A stretch of DNA of 64,000 bases from Octopus vulgaris (lineage: Eukaryota), in contig OX597819.1 of the NCBI GenBank assembly GCA_951406725.2, positions 19,530,001 to 19,594,000 of the forward strand, given 5' to 3'. This document shows positions 25,501-40,550 of this stretch, in pieces. Under the pieces are notes generated by a model, which worked only from the letters and a program-made list of their open reading frames with translations, did no database searches and was not told where the DNA came from. The translations under genes and the position numbers were made by a program. Numbering within the stretch: position 1 is the stretch's first letter; each line of letters opens with the position of its first letter.

Positions 25501-26269
25501 TATCTATGAGCGTTTATTTACTCGTTTTCCTTTCCATAAATAGTAGCATCATAGGAACCAGTCTACAAATATTCCTCGTCAAAACCACTACAAAATCCAG
25601 GAGTTACCTTTACTGACGGTTTAGCCATTAAATCAATGGTTTGGAGCTTTCGAAAGATATTTCTACATGTGAAGTGTCCAACTGCTTGAAGAAGGCAGAA
25701 GTAAGTACAGATACAAACTATATTATTTGAACCAAAAAAAAAATGCCTTTTCGAATAAAGAGAAGATATTGGGACCAGTAAATAATGTAAAAAAAAAAAC
25801 CGGTTTCTTTGAAAGTATACAAATAAAATTTATGATACCTATCGTCACTTGTAGTGTTGAATTAGATAACGGAAAATTCCTTTGTTTAGTTTTACCCTAA
25901 GATTTACTGGTGCTGGCCTTATAGTGTTCACAATGGAAATTTGTGAAAACAATTTGTTATAAGTCGATGTTGCATCGTCACAAGGCGAGGAAGACATATT
26001 TATAAAAGAAGGGATAAATAAAAACATTTTGAAGAAACAGAGGATGAGGTGTTCTACATTTTGTGTAATATTCAAGAAGGAGTAACAGCAGCGATAATCC
26101 CTTAAAACTACACACTAATATCTTGTGTGATGGAAGGACAGCACGGTCGGTATAATGGCATCCATCGAAATATAGGATGGTTTTAGCGGCAACGATGCGG
26201 AACTGATGTCTTTAGAATTAAAATTCACTTGGAGGTAAACACATCGGGAATGGCGAGGTCCACTGGAAC

Positions 26270-26343
26270 ATCATCATCATCACAACCACTACCACCACCA
26301 CCACCTCACCACCACCACCACCACCACCACAAAAACAACCAAC

Positions 26344-26374
<31 letters not shown>

Positions 26375-26476
26375 CCACCATCATCATCATCATCATTATC
26401 ATCAACACCATCATCATCATCATCATCACCACAACTACCATCATCACCAATACCACCACCAACACCACCACCACCG
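26270..26476. repeat. Compound (CAT)/(CAC)/(CAA) trinucleotide array
   Basis: Direct reading. Confidence 0.95.
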
Positions 26477-27071
26477 CTCTTCGTCGTTAGCAGCAGGAAC
26501 AATAACAGCAAAAGCAAGATCACCTAGAAAAAAACAAAACAAAAGGAAAGCAAAGGTAGAAAATAAAAATAAAGAAAAAAATACAAGAATTCATCTCGAA
26601 ATAAATACAATTACATTAGCATGTTGGTTTTGCTCACGTCTGAAGAAATGACCTGTCCAATATCTGGAAGCAGCGACTCATTTGAATATTCATAGCATGC
26701 GATGCTGCACTGAAGTAAACGCAAAGGCAAAACGCACAGTTTAGGCCATCTACATGAATAAGACACACAATAGATAGAAGTATTAGTCGTGGTAAATATT
26801 AGTTTATATTTATGATATGAAAGATGTATTAGCAGCTAAATGAAATTTTCGAGTATCGCTTAATGTTTGACCAGGGAACTTGTGAAAATAAGGGGAGATT
26901 CTTTTGCTTATTTCGCTACTTTCCGTTTTATTTATTTTATTTATTTGTTTTGTTTTTTTTTTTGCCAATGTTGTTATGTTGCAGTTCTTATCTAGCTTCA
27001 GGTCATGTATGATCCAATTATATCCTGCGTGAGTGGAATTTCGTAGGAAACCATGTGCATATGCGTCGGGC

Positions 27072-27134
<63 letters not shown>

Positions 27135-27213
27135 TGTGTGTCGTTGAGTGAGAGTGTATGTATATTTACAGTTTCATGTTCTTCAATAAATATATATTTA
27201 TACAAACACACAA

Positions 27214-27273
<60 letters not shown>

Positions 27274-27304
27274 CTACACATACATACACACATATATACA
27301 TATA

Positions 27305-27516
27305 CTGCTTTACTGTTTTAAATATTTCAGTCATTTCACTGCGGCCATGCTGGAGCACCGACTTTATTCGAGCAAATCGCCCCCGGGACTTATTCTTTGT
27401 AAGCCCAGTACTTATTCTATCGGTCTCTTTTGCCGAACCGCTAAGTGACGGGGACGTAACACACCAGCATCGGTTGTCAAGCAATGCTAAGGGGACAAAT
27501 ACAGACACACAAACAC
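27305..27516 (-). mobile_element. SINE family A, 3' half
   Basis: Reverse complement of 33540-33745. Confidence 0.9.
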
Positions 27517-27518
27517 AT

Positions 27519-27577
<59 letters not shown>

Positions 27578-27591
27578 TATATATACATATA

Positions 27592-27630
<39 letters not shown>

Positions 27631-27631
27631 T

Positions 27632-27733
<102 letters not shown>

Positions 27734-28350
27734 TATATGTATATCTGCACATGCATACATATACACATATATGCATGCATACGTATATATATATAAATAT
27801 ATGCTCATACACACCCAGCCAGAGACTCAGGCAGAAACACAAATCCACACACAAGAACTCACGCATGTACAATGTCTTATTTGGGGTCGAGACAGTGTCT
27901 TACTACTTCGAGTTGTATCCATAGGTGCGCCGCATCTTCAGGCAACTTGTGAGGAAAATTGTGTCACAACTTCCCTGGAGATCTGGTAATCCCACAGGGA
28001 ACACTCGGAGCTCGAGTGAAATAATTTATCATTAAACTCTACCATTGCACTCAATGTTTTTCTCCACGATTGTTACTCAACAACACACATACACATATAC
28101 ACACAAATACACTCTAGGTGTACATATTTATGAGAGAGCATTGCCTTCACCCCTGTGTACCAGTAAAGGTCGTAGAGAATGTTTGAGCTGGAACAAGGCT
28201 TAGCGTTGTTTTTTTTTTCTGTTGTCGAGTACTCACTCTCCAGACGCGCCAATTTGAGACTCCGTATTGTTATTTCTGTGAAACAGTAATTAACGCCAAT
28301 ATGTGTGTGTGTATATGTGTGTATGTGCGCTCGTGTTTCTATGTATAGGC

Positions 28351-28403
<53 letters not shown>

Positions 28404-30484
28404 AGTGTGTGTGTATTTTTACACGTTTATATATACATATACACAGACACAAATACACACGCACACAAACACACATACCCATTTATATGTATATACATCC
28501 CATTTGTTGATAAGTTGAGTAGGTTTGTCGATCAAGACTGAGTATAGAGCAAATACACTCTCTAGATTTAAAGAGACATTACCAAACCATCTACTGACCC
28601 CACATTTACATCAGTTCATAGGTTAGCGAAATGCATGAGCATCCTAAAACTTGCATTTCTTTAAGGTCTCATATTTAATTTGCAGTGTAAAGTGAAGTTT
28701 TGCATGACATGTAACAATTTTTTGTTTGGATACCGTCATTTTAGGTGGTGATTTTTTAAATATATTTTTTTCTCATAACATGTCATGCGAATGGATAGAA
28801 TTATTGTTAGAACGTTCTTGTCTGTTGCAAATAGATATCGGCTCGCCGTTTGTGGTCTAAAAACGATCCAGATTTATTGATTAATTTCTATACAAGTACC
28901 TATCTATCTGCTAGCATCATAAGGTTATTTCGGTTTTAGCTGTAAAACCACTTCCCAGGAACCGATAGCTGTATTATAATGAAATAGAAGTGTTTAGAAT
29001 TTTCATGACAATTTGATGTTTGCGGAGTCATGTTACCGACAGTAGAATTTATGGAGACGCTTCCTCTACTAGAAAACCAATCCATCAATGACAATGAGCC
29101 TTCTCTTTTAATACTGTTGCTATCTCACAAACGTAGTTTATAGATTTTTATACAAATAGTAAATGGAAAAGTTATAGGAAAGGAGAGAAGGAGAGAGGAA
29201 GGGAAACAGAGATAAAGACAGATACAGTGAGACAGCGCACCGGACAGTGATACTATCTTGTTTATGTACCAGTCATTGAGAATATCTATATGTGTGTCTG
29301 TGTGTGTGTGTGCGGTAGTGTGTGTGTTTGAGTGTATGTGCATTCTTGTGTACATGTGAGTCTGCGTATCATTGGTTGTATATATATGCGGAGTAGGCAA
29401 CGAAATCGACTTTTTAATTTATGTGCCAATCTTGGATACACAATCTCGAATAGCCAAAGCAAATTTTCACTTGGTCGGTTGAATATAATAGGTAATATTT
29501 CATAGATGCAGAAATAGCTAGACGTAACATTCTTGGAGATAAGTGTTAGGATCCACTCAGGAACGCTGAAATGTACTGCCATACCTACAGTCATACGCAT
29601 ACACATATACAGACATGCTTACATACGTACTCACGCACATAGATAAATAGATGAATACACCAGGACAAAACTGTATGTTAACAGTTTCGCTGTCTTGCAA
29701 AGTTATTCATGGTTCAAATAAAAATTGTGCAGAGTTAGGCACCGTTTATCTCTAGTTTCCACGGCTTGGTTAGACAAAAGGCATTTTGTTGAATGCTAAC
29801 TTATATGCTAACTCTAAGAAAATAACAGGTCCGCTGTGTATGTATATGTGTGGTTTATGTGCGGTTGGCCCTGTGTGTGCGTGAGTACGCGTCTGTGTCG
29901 GTTCAGGAACACTTCTCTCTCTCTCTTCTATATATGTATGTATGTATCTATGTATCTATCTATCTATTTATATGTGTGTCCATAACCGTGCACATGAGTA
30001 GATATTCATTATTTTCATATATGTTTATATATGAAAAAGTGTATGCACACTTCCTCCTTATGTCGGGTGCTTGCCAAATATTGTATCATGGATCTCAAAA
30101 CAACTCCATGACATCAGACATCAAATCAATATACTGTACAATATGCTTCCCAATTTAGCTCCATCCTGCCAAGTGCCCAGTATATTAACTTCATAATTCA
30201 CCATTAACTCAATTTTTCCCCACCAATTTCATGCTATATAGAACTTGCATTGTTATTGTGATATTGCTTGAAAATGCATAATATTTACGAGCAACATTTA
30301 GAATTCTAGATTCCAGCTTATATTTGTAATCTCATAAATGTTTTGGGGTCATCAGGTAAAACAAGAGACAGAAAGTTCTTCAGGATCAATTTCAGGATCA
30401 ATTTCATTGTGTTCAGTTCCTAAATCCGTATGCTATGCTCGAATATGAATGAAGCCTTTCGTTACAGTTTACAATCTCTCTCCC

Positions 30485-30528
<44 letters not shown>

Positions 30529-30802
30529 ACGTATATGTTCATAAATATTTATAATTAGTAATTGTCAAAATTTCCTATTTGACAAAAATTTCGATAGTTT
30601 CGTGCGTTGGTATTTATAAAAATACCAAAGCTGGTATCTCCTTTCTTTCAAGTCATTCTGTAGCTTCTGCCATTTTAATAAAAAACATAAATATTCATAT
30701 TTTGAGTTCTACTGATCCTATTTGCCTCGGCATATCTGTACACACGCACATATGTATATGTGGATATAATTAAATGTATCGATATATATATATATATATA
30801 TA

Positions 30803-31090
30803 TAAATCCTTAAATCCTTAAAAATGTTTTAGCCCGAAGGCCGCGGCCATGCTGGGGCACCACCGCTGAATGAGCCACACTAGTTTGTGAATCCACCTCT
30901 GATACGTGGCACTTGATCAACAAGGGAGTTCGATGCTGCTGCCCGCATCCGTGTCTCCTGTCGTGAGGTAGGTTCATCTGGGACTCCCAACAAGAAGAGA
31001 TCCAGTTTAGTTTTAAAGAAACCCACATCCACACCATGTAAGTCTCTCAGGCATTTAGGGAGGATGTTGAAAAGCTGTGGTCCTCTGAAA
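30803..31090 (-). mobile_element. 5'-truncated CR1-group LINE: ORF2 C-terminus, 3' UTR and terminal 8-bp repeat
   Basis: FRGPQLFNILPKCLRDLHGVDVGFFKTKLDLFLLGVPDEP...AAASNSLVDQV matches the N.LP...FK..LD pattern of CR1/L2 ORF2 ends. The element ends in (taaggatt)x2. Confidence 0.8.
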
Positions 31091-31187
31091 ATATATATAC
31101 TATACACTGAATTACAGAAGTTGCCGGTAATCGGTATATTTACATACCGAATTCTACCAGTAAATAATTAGAAATTATACTCTTATC

Positions 31188-31405
<218 letters not shown>

Positions 31406-32402
31406 AATATACATATAGGTGTACATATATGTGCGCATAAACATACACACACATATACACACACACATTATTCACGCACAAATATATACATATGTTCATA
31501 CACATATATTTAAGCATCAGCTAACACACAGACATACAAGAACATAAACGCACACATATATGCGTACGCAGATGGCGTTGATGTGATTCCAGTAATACGG
31601 AATATATAGAACGCATACATACAAAAGAGAATCTAACATATACCAGTCTCTCAGGTAATGTATATTTGTGTGTGTGTGTGTGTGTGTGTATGTGTGTGTG
31701 TGTAGTGTATCTAGTTTCTTCAGAAAATAAATGTAAGTCAATAAACGGAAAAAGAAAATATATAATATAGTAAGAATTCGGATCAAAATCATTTTTGTGA
31801 TTTTTACATCATCGCTAGCCCAGGTCAGCTAATATATTTTCTATTTCCTTACCTAAATGATATAAAATACGAGAAATTTGTAACGAATTTACTTAAAGCG
31901 AAATAACGCTATTTCCATTGAAGACATTTTCTAAGTTTTCTAGCTTCCGCCAAAGGCAAATAGTTTATACATTTTCTACACCAATGCGTTACTTAAAGTG
32001 AATGCTATTCTGAGAGAGAATGGTTTTTAGCCCCGAAGCTATAAAAGGTTAAATTTAGAGTTTCAAGTAAAGTGAGAAGTTTTTCACAGTATTAAGAATG
32101 CTAACAGCCTAATAAAGCAGTATCAAATATTTTTTTCGCTTGTTTCTTGTTGGTCGTATACTGATGTATAATTTAAAATAATTGAATTTCTGACCACAAA
32201 ATAGGTTTTGTATATGAAACATGATCACACACGAAATAGCGTAACAAGTTTTAGCAACCCACACCGTCTACCTATGTCACTCTAGCATTCTCCCTCCCCT
32301 GTATGCATTCATGTACATATATGCACACATACATACATACATACATATGTGTGTGCGATTCTGAAGGTGGCTATGCGCGCGTGTGTGTATATATACACAT
32401 AT

Positions 32403-32461
<59 letters not shown>

Positions 32462-32469
32462 TATGTTAA

Positions 32470-32528
<59 letters not shown>

Positions 32529-32674
32529 CAAATATATTCCTTGCGTGTGTCTGTGCTTGGTATGAATGTATGAATCTATAGCAGCAGTGTGTAGGTATTT
32601 GTGTATATATAAGTGTGGAAATGATAAGTAATCTTACTTTGTTCACGCCAACATGGTATATCTTTTTATACATC

Positions 32675-32709
<35 letters not shown>

Positions 32710-32938
32710 CTTCAGCCTGCACACACACAAACGCTCTCTCTATTTCTCTAACGCACACGTGTGCACAAACTTACTCAAATTCACACAGAATTATGAATAT
32801 TTTAACTTTTATATTAGTTTGTGTCTACGTACCTAAAGTATATATACAAGTTTTTGTGTATGTGAAATATCCTACAATATCTTGTTTATGTACATACAAT
32901 ATTGTGTACATATATATAATGTATACTTATATATATAC

Positions 32939-32991
<53 letters not shown>

Positions 32992-33081
32992 CATGTATAT
33001 GCATATATATATATATATATATACCTCTCATACTTTACATATATATGTATATATGTACATGAGATTTTGGTTACCATCTTC

Positions 33082-33148
<67 letters not shown>

Positions 33149-33337
33149 CTTAGAAAGATATGTTTCGGTTAGTATAGGCTCAGGCTATGTCTAAATTATT
33201 AGCACCAACAGGTGAAGCGTTTTAGATCATGATTCACTCCTCAATCATATATGGGACAACATGTCTCACTCTAGCAAAGAGTTATTATTGTTAGAAACAT
33301 ATGCGGTTGCAGGAGGTTGAGAAAAAAAAATATATAT

Positions 33338-33745
33338 GGGTCCAGGATTGGCTGTGTGGTAAGTAGCTTGCTAACCAACCACATGTTTCCGGGTTCAGTC
33401 CCACTGCGTGGCATCTTGGGCAAGTGTCTTCTGCTATAGCCCCGGGCCGACCAATGGCTTGTGAGTGGATTTGGTAGACGGAAACTCAAAGAAGCCCGTC
33501 GTCTATATGTATATGTATGTATATGCATGTGTGTGTTTGTGTGTCTGTGTTTGTCCCCCTAACATTGCTTGACAACCGATGCTGGTGTGTTTTTGTCCCC
33601 GTCACTTAGCGGTTCGCAAAAGGGACCGATAGAATACGTACTGGGCTTACAAAGAATAAGTCCCGGGGTCGATTTGCTCGACTAAAGGCCGTGCTCCAGC
33701 ATGGCCGCGGTCAAATGACTGAAACAAATAAAAGAGTAAAAGAGT
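33338..33745 (+). mobile_element. Full-length tRNA-derived SINE (family A)
   Basis: A box tggctgtgtggt, B box gggttcagtccc, internal TA/TG microsatellite, tail gtgctccagcatggccgcggtcaaatgactgaaac and (aaagagta)n end. Confidence 0.92.
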
Positions 33746-34374
33746 ATATATCCCATAAACAAAAGTCCTCACCAACGTTTGTTTATTGGATGTTCAAACA
33801 TGTGTGTGTCTGTGTGTATATACATATGAAGTGCTTAATTTCATGGTTTTTCATTATTCTCTTTTAATATCATTCCATGTTAATTTCATTTAATTTTAAT
33901 TTTTATTATTTATCATTCTGTTTCCTCGCTTGTCTTCATGTCACAAAGGATAATCATTGACCCACCCTTTCTATGTCATCTGAAAATGGCGACATCACCT
34001 AAATTCTTTAGATTCTTATAACTGGGATGTGTGTTTCCTTTCTTCCTTTTCATCTTTCTCCATCCTGTAGATGTGTAGACATACTTATTATCTCCAATGT
34101 TTAACATTAGAATTGCATTCCCCAACCAGTACCGAGATGTAACAGTAAATGCATGTCGTATACGATTTGCGCGAAAAAATACTAAATATATCATTTTACG
34201 TTGATTTTAATTCCATTGATAGAAACGAGTGATTTGCATCTCGTCATTTAGTTCCTCATGAAAAAATAAAAACGTGTCTCAAATAGCTGTAGTAAATCTC
34301 ACCCCATTTGTGACAATAGACACGCGCACCTGGGCGCGCACACACATGCATACACATACATAGGTATATATATA

Positions 34375-34461
34375 TGGCGTGGCAAATGGAGATAGTGCGA
34401 AAGCGTTTGTAACTTATAATTAAAGATGTATTAAAAAATATTTTTCTCTTCATTTCATAGG

Positions 34462-34494
<33 letters not shown>

Positions 34495-34576
34495 GTGGCA
34501 AATGGAGATAGTCCGAAAGCGTTTGTAACTTATAATTAAAGATGTATTAAAGAATATTTTCTCTTCTTTTCATAGG

Positions 34577-34578
<2 letters not shown>
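34375..34578. repeat. Tandem duplication of ~88 bp separated by (TA)n
   Basis: 34375-34463 and 34491-34578 both read tggcgtggcaaatggagatagt.cgaaagcgtttgtaacttataattaaagatgtattaa...tttcataggtt. Confidence 0.92.
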
Positions 34579-34653
<75 letters not shown>

Positions 34654-34874
34654 CAGATAGATATATAGATAGATAGATAGATATATGTATGTATGTATGT
34701 ATATATATGTATATATGTATGTATATATGTATGTACATATATATGAGTTTACGTTTCAGTGCGTGCAGCGTGCATAAACGGATACGTATATATTTTCGGT
34801 ATCCCTGGGTAGTCACTTCATAAATAGATTCTGAACGCCATCTGACTTCTTTTCTTAATTGCAGTAACGAATAT

Positions 34875-34909
<35 letters not shown>

Positions 34910-35586
34910 ACTATTCCGATAACAGTGAAGTGTACTGAATTGTCAAATAGTTTATGGTTCTGAAATAAAGTCTCATTATAGGCTCACCATTGTAGAATTC
35001 GAAGTCATCCATACATGGGCATACATGACAGTGGCCATCATATCGATTTATTCACGACAGGATTAGATATGAACGATTCTCTTCTTTAGTTTCAGATAAT
35101 ATTACATGGTTTAGTTTATTTTATTAGTGAGTGCGGTCACTCTAAGATTTACTGTCTAAATCATTATTTAGGAATGGTCGACAGACTTTTCTTAAGACTC
35201 AACGAATCACTAATATCGATTTCTCTATTTGCCAATGTACTCATAACCTCCTTTAGAATAAAGGCTGAGGATCATATATTATTTAGAAGACGATGTTGTT
35301 ATAATGTAATAAGTGAATCGGGACCAGAAAATTATGTGAACAAACAGTAAACAAGGGGAAATAAAATAAGACACGCATTGCGTGTTGTGAGGACTGTGGC
35401 TTTGTTTGAAAATCAGAAGCCACCCTTACCCAAGAATAAGAGCAATTCGATGAGTACTTTTCTCTCTCCATCTTTCTCTACCCCCCTCTCTCTCTCGCAT
35501 TTTCACTATATATATATATACATAGACGTACATAGATATATACAAAAATACATAGATATATGCACACACACAAATACATACAATAC

Positions 35587-35641
<55 letters not shown>

Positions 35642-36837
35642 TGTGTGTGTATATGTGTATGTATGTATGTGTATATGTAACTGAATAAGTTCTTACACAA
35701 CAGAAGCGCCATCACAAGTCTAGCAGTGCTTATAACCTCCACTGCGAAATAGCATCGGGTGAAATATGAAGGTAGACCAGCTTTATACAGTAATCTACCA
35801 CGTTCTGAACAGAATATAACATATATATCTACACGCACACACACACAATATAAATACATATTTGCATATACAAATATTCAATCATAATATATATCTTTAC
35901 ATACACAAAAACACTCGCGCCCACACACACATACACACGCACACACACACGCACAGGTATCTATATGCATATGCATATACGTAAACATTTGATATGCATT
36001 AATATGTATATATAACTACAAAGAAAATCATTATATACACACACGAGGAAACATATTCATGTGTATTGATATGCACACACGCTCAAACACACACACACTC
36101 ACGCATGCACGTACACACATACATACGCACGCACGCACGCACGAACACACACGGTTATGTATAAATATACATACATAAATATACTTATTTATATTTTCGC
36201 TTATATGAACGTATGGTTATCTGTATGTTTCTGTTTTCATATGTATCTGTTAGAGAAATATGGCGTGATTTGCGTATTTTAACTTAGATTCTGCGATAGT
36301 CTGTCTATAACACTAATCGATTTTGACAAAATAAGAGGAAAAAATACTGATGTCTATGAAAATCTTTGAAATTCTTTACATCAAAGAAGATTGGAATGTT
36401 TTGCGTTCAGGTAGATTTTGAAAAGTACTTTACTAGTCTCTGAATTATGGGTTTTGTCGAGAAACTGTCTAAATATATAAGACACAATAATAACGTCAAT
36501 ATTAGTAGAGATGTGAGCGAGGAATTTTCGTTGCTCGCCAATCGTTTATTCTTACCTATAAAAGCGTAAGGCTTCGTGTTTTCATAAGCGATGATATTTC
36601 AAGATTTGATAATTGTGATATTTAGCTTGGCTCTGCTATGGAAATACTAATAATATCTTATGGCTATATAATTACTTTTAACACACTCTCTCTTTCTTTA
36701 CTTCTATTTCGCTCTCTTTCCCACTCTTTCTCTCTCAATTTTTTTGTCTGTGTCTTCAAATCAATTCAGTTATTTTTCCATGGGGAATGGTATATCTATG
36801 CATTAATGCATTAGTCTATCTCCTCCCCATATATATG

Positions 36838-36895
<58 letters not shown>

Positions 36896-38327
36896 CACAC
36901 GCACAAATATAGGTGTACACACACACATTCATATATATTTGCGCGCGTATGCACACATATATACAGAGAAATCATATATACAATTTATATTAAATACCCA
37001 TATATGCACATGCGTAATTACTCACAATCATATCTTCATATACACATGCAGTTAATCACGTACATATTCGCCCCACACGATATATTTTATAACATTTACT
37101 ATTAAATAGCAATGTTTTAGAAATATTCAACATGGCTGCACCAACCTACGTTCTTGCTCGAAGTCTATTTCGTAATTTGTAATCTATATGAGATTTCTGT
37201 TATTCATTATTGATTAATTTCTCATAAATTTTAATAAATATGCTTCTAGTATTTCTAAGTACCCATTCCGAAAATAATATCACCTAAATTTCACTGATAT
37301 TCTTAATAGTATTATAGGAAACAGATTTCAATGTTTTCTACCAAACTTCATTTTTCTTGCAACACTTTCTCTTATTTTCCACTTCCGAATTAATGGCTCT
37401 CTCTAACACGTTATTCTTTACACCATCCAAAGATAATCTTGCATGTTAATGAGATTTTATATGTCTTGGCTTGGTAACTTTCGAACATGTCTGAGACGAT
37501 AACAAGATTACCATAATTTATGCAAGATTGCGAGCGCTTGAAATTAAATGCAATGGGTTTCAAAACACTCTTTTAGCGTTGTACTCGTTTTCTTTTTTTT
37601 TTTTTTATATATATATTCTACTACATATTTTTTTTTATGGTGAAGATAATTGCAAAACAAGAATTAAGTTTCTGCAAAGAATAAAGAATAAAGATAACTA
37701 GAGAATATGGCGCAATTCCACAAATATACACTAAACCATATTTACGAACTCAAGATATTTAGCTAAAATATGCGATTCAGCCTGTTCTAAATATTTGAGG
37801 AAATTTTTGCATACGGCAACGAGTAATTACCTCCATTTTTAATACATTTGTAATTAACACACAAAATATGTTGAGTCCAGTGTGATATTTTACAATATCG
37901 TTTAAAACCGAGGTGCATTTTCAATCACAAAAGTAATTTTCTTATATTATAATTGCCTGTAAATAGTAGCTTTTTCAGATATGAATTACATACATACGTA
38001 TGCGCACAGACATTTACTCACATAAATATGCGTACCAACACATACGCACCCCACACACCCATATACACCCCACACATCCACATACGCTCACGCACACACA
38101 CACATGCGAACTATCATAGTGAAGATCCAATCGGAATAATGTTTATGTTAATTTCTATAAATTTTTATGCTTGACAAAATGGTGTTTATTTTGTACTTCG
38201 CCACATTGCGGGCTTCCTGTAACAGGTTAACTTCTCTTTAACTCAGACACTTGGAACGGGAAAACGACTGACACACACTGACTCGTAAGACCTAGATATA
38301 ATATGGCAGTTAACCACCGCAGATTTT

Positions 38328-38512
38328 GATGATGATGAAGAAGAAGAAGAAGAAGAAGAAGAAGAAGAAGAAGAAGAAGAAGAAGAAGAAGAAGAAGGAG
38401 AAGAAGAAGGAGAAGAAGAAGAAGAAGAAGAAAGAAGAAGAAGAAGAAGAAGAAGAAGAAGAAGAAGAAGAAGAAGAAGAAGAAGAAGAAGAAGAAGAAG
38501 AAGAAGAAGAAG
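38328..38512. repeat. (GAA)n array
   Basis: Direct reading. Confidence 0.97.
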
Positions 38513-38611
38513 AGTGGGAGAAGAGAGAGAAGCAGAAGGAGGAGTGTACTATAGTTGTATGACAAATTATTGGACTTTTGTAGTTTGAGAGGAATATTTC
38601 CATTTCATATT

Positions 38612-38845
38612 TATTTCTTTATTGCCCACTGGGGTGGCTAAACATAGAGGGGACAAACAAGGACAGACAGAGGATTTAAGTCGATTACATCGACTGCAGT
38701 GCGTAGGTGGTACTTATTGAATCGACCCCGAAAGGATGAAAGGCAAATTCGACCTCGGCGGAGTTTGAACTCAGAACTTAACGGCAGACAGAATACCACC
38801 TATCATTTCGCCCGGCTTGCTAACGATTCTGCCAGCTCATCGACC
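38612..38845 (-). mobile_element. tRNA-derived SINE (family B)
   Basis: Reverse complement of the 56816-57028 copy. Confidence 0.9.
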
Positions 38846-39550
38846 TACTTCCATTTGTTATTGGACAATATGATTGAGTTTCTCGAGGGTTTGTTGATAT
38901 TCCAGAAGACAATTAAGAGGAAATCTAGCTTAGAAGAATGTTTCTATATTTGTTTTCTTTCCATTCTTCTTAAGCCATCGCCATTTCCCAATGCTTTACT
39001 GATTCGTGTTTTTGTTAACATTTCCATAAAATTGTCAGGTATTCCAAGCACAAAAAGAATCGCGACTGGGATATAATTTTCTTTCATGCTTGGAATCTTC
39101 TCAAACATATCATTATTCTTATTCCTAAAATTATGTGATCTACCTATTTCACAATCGTTTCTATTTCTGTTCATAAATCTGGGTATGTACCGGATATGAA
39201 ATAGCAGCCGTTTTATTGTTAGTATGAAGTATACGCATGAAGCAGTCGTATAACATATTCTAAGTCGAATTCTGTTTTAGATTGGCCTATCCTGCTGCCG
39301 TCTGCTCTGGAAATAAATAGAATTGATTTTCAGTTTTTAAAAGAATAATTGTATAATATCCAATATTGATGGAAAGTCCCAATTTATAATGAAATATTTT
39401 AGGCAAATATTTAATGGTATTAAGTGTTATAATGAGATCGCTTCCTTTTATATGAGTGTGTGTGTTTATTTGTGTATGTATGTGTACTTGTGTGTGTATA
39501 TTTGACTATCGATCGATCTATCTATCAATATATATATATATATATATATA

Positions 39551-40230
39551 TTGGGTCGTCCCATAAATAATGCAGTTTTTTTATACAAAATTAAGACGTT
39601 CATTTTCTACGATGCTCTTCTATCAATCTGGTAGATTTGCAAGGTTCCTATTCCAAAATTCACTTGTCCGTGATGAAAACTATTCCTCCAGTACTGTTCT
39701 GACCACGTCTACAGAATTCATATTTTCTTCGACCAAATGATTTTGAAGACTGCTGAATAAATATATGATAATCAGATGGGGCAATGTCCGGCGAATATGG
39801 TGGTGGTGGGGTGGTGGGTGTTAGGCCATCGTTTGCTATGCTATCAACTCCAGTCTTTAGAATATCATTTTCACTGAATATGGCCTGATTCAAGAACACA
39901 TTTCGTCTTGCAGCCAAAGACATTCGTTTTTCGCCTAACGCTGACTTAAGCCGCTGAAGCTGTTCACAGTAAATCTTATTTGTTATCCTTTGGTGTGGGT
40001 TTAAGAATCTAAAGGTGCACTAAACCTTTGATATCCCACCAAGCAGATAAAAACACCTTACCTAGATGACTACCTTATTTATCGTTGGGTGCCGGTGTTT
40101 CTCTTCTCCCTACCTATTGTCTTATAACAAATACTATTATAAGCAAATACTATTAAAAGAAATATCGGATATTTGAATTGTTTGTCGACAGTGAGTGATA
40201 TAAACCAAAGTTTTGTTCGTCATCTCCTCA
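39551..40230 (-). mobile_element. Decayed mariner (DD34D-type) relic
   Basis: TA-ttgggtcgtcccataaataatgc TIR-like end. Minus strand gives PPPYSPDIAPSDYH, plus KVFLSAWWDIKGLVH and IYCEQLQRL fragments. Right boundary approximate. Confidence 0.8.
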
Positions 40231-40550
40231 GAGTATGAACCAAAGTGTTGAACAATACTTTTTCAACTTTGTATATTTAAAGTTTTCACTAATTACTAAT
40301 AAATTAAGCACAGCTTTTATAACTTTGTCATGATTCATAACTTTTATCATTTACAAACTGATTATGCCTGAATCGTATATTGTTCAACTTCATTAAAGAT
40401 ATGAGGTATTTCTTTTCTTATTTGCAATACATAATTATATCGCTTAATCACTTTATCCAAATGTTCTTAATAATCTCGTGATGATCTAGTGATCCTTAGA
40501 GTTTCCACTTTGTGTTTCATCTTTTATGTGGATATGTCTAAGGTAACTTT

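Noticed and set aside
26229-26651. His/Gln/Pro-rich ORF resembling a transcription-factor low-complexity region
   Set aside because: It is fully explained by a compound trinucleotide microsatellite, and no domain flanks it.
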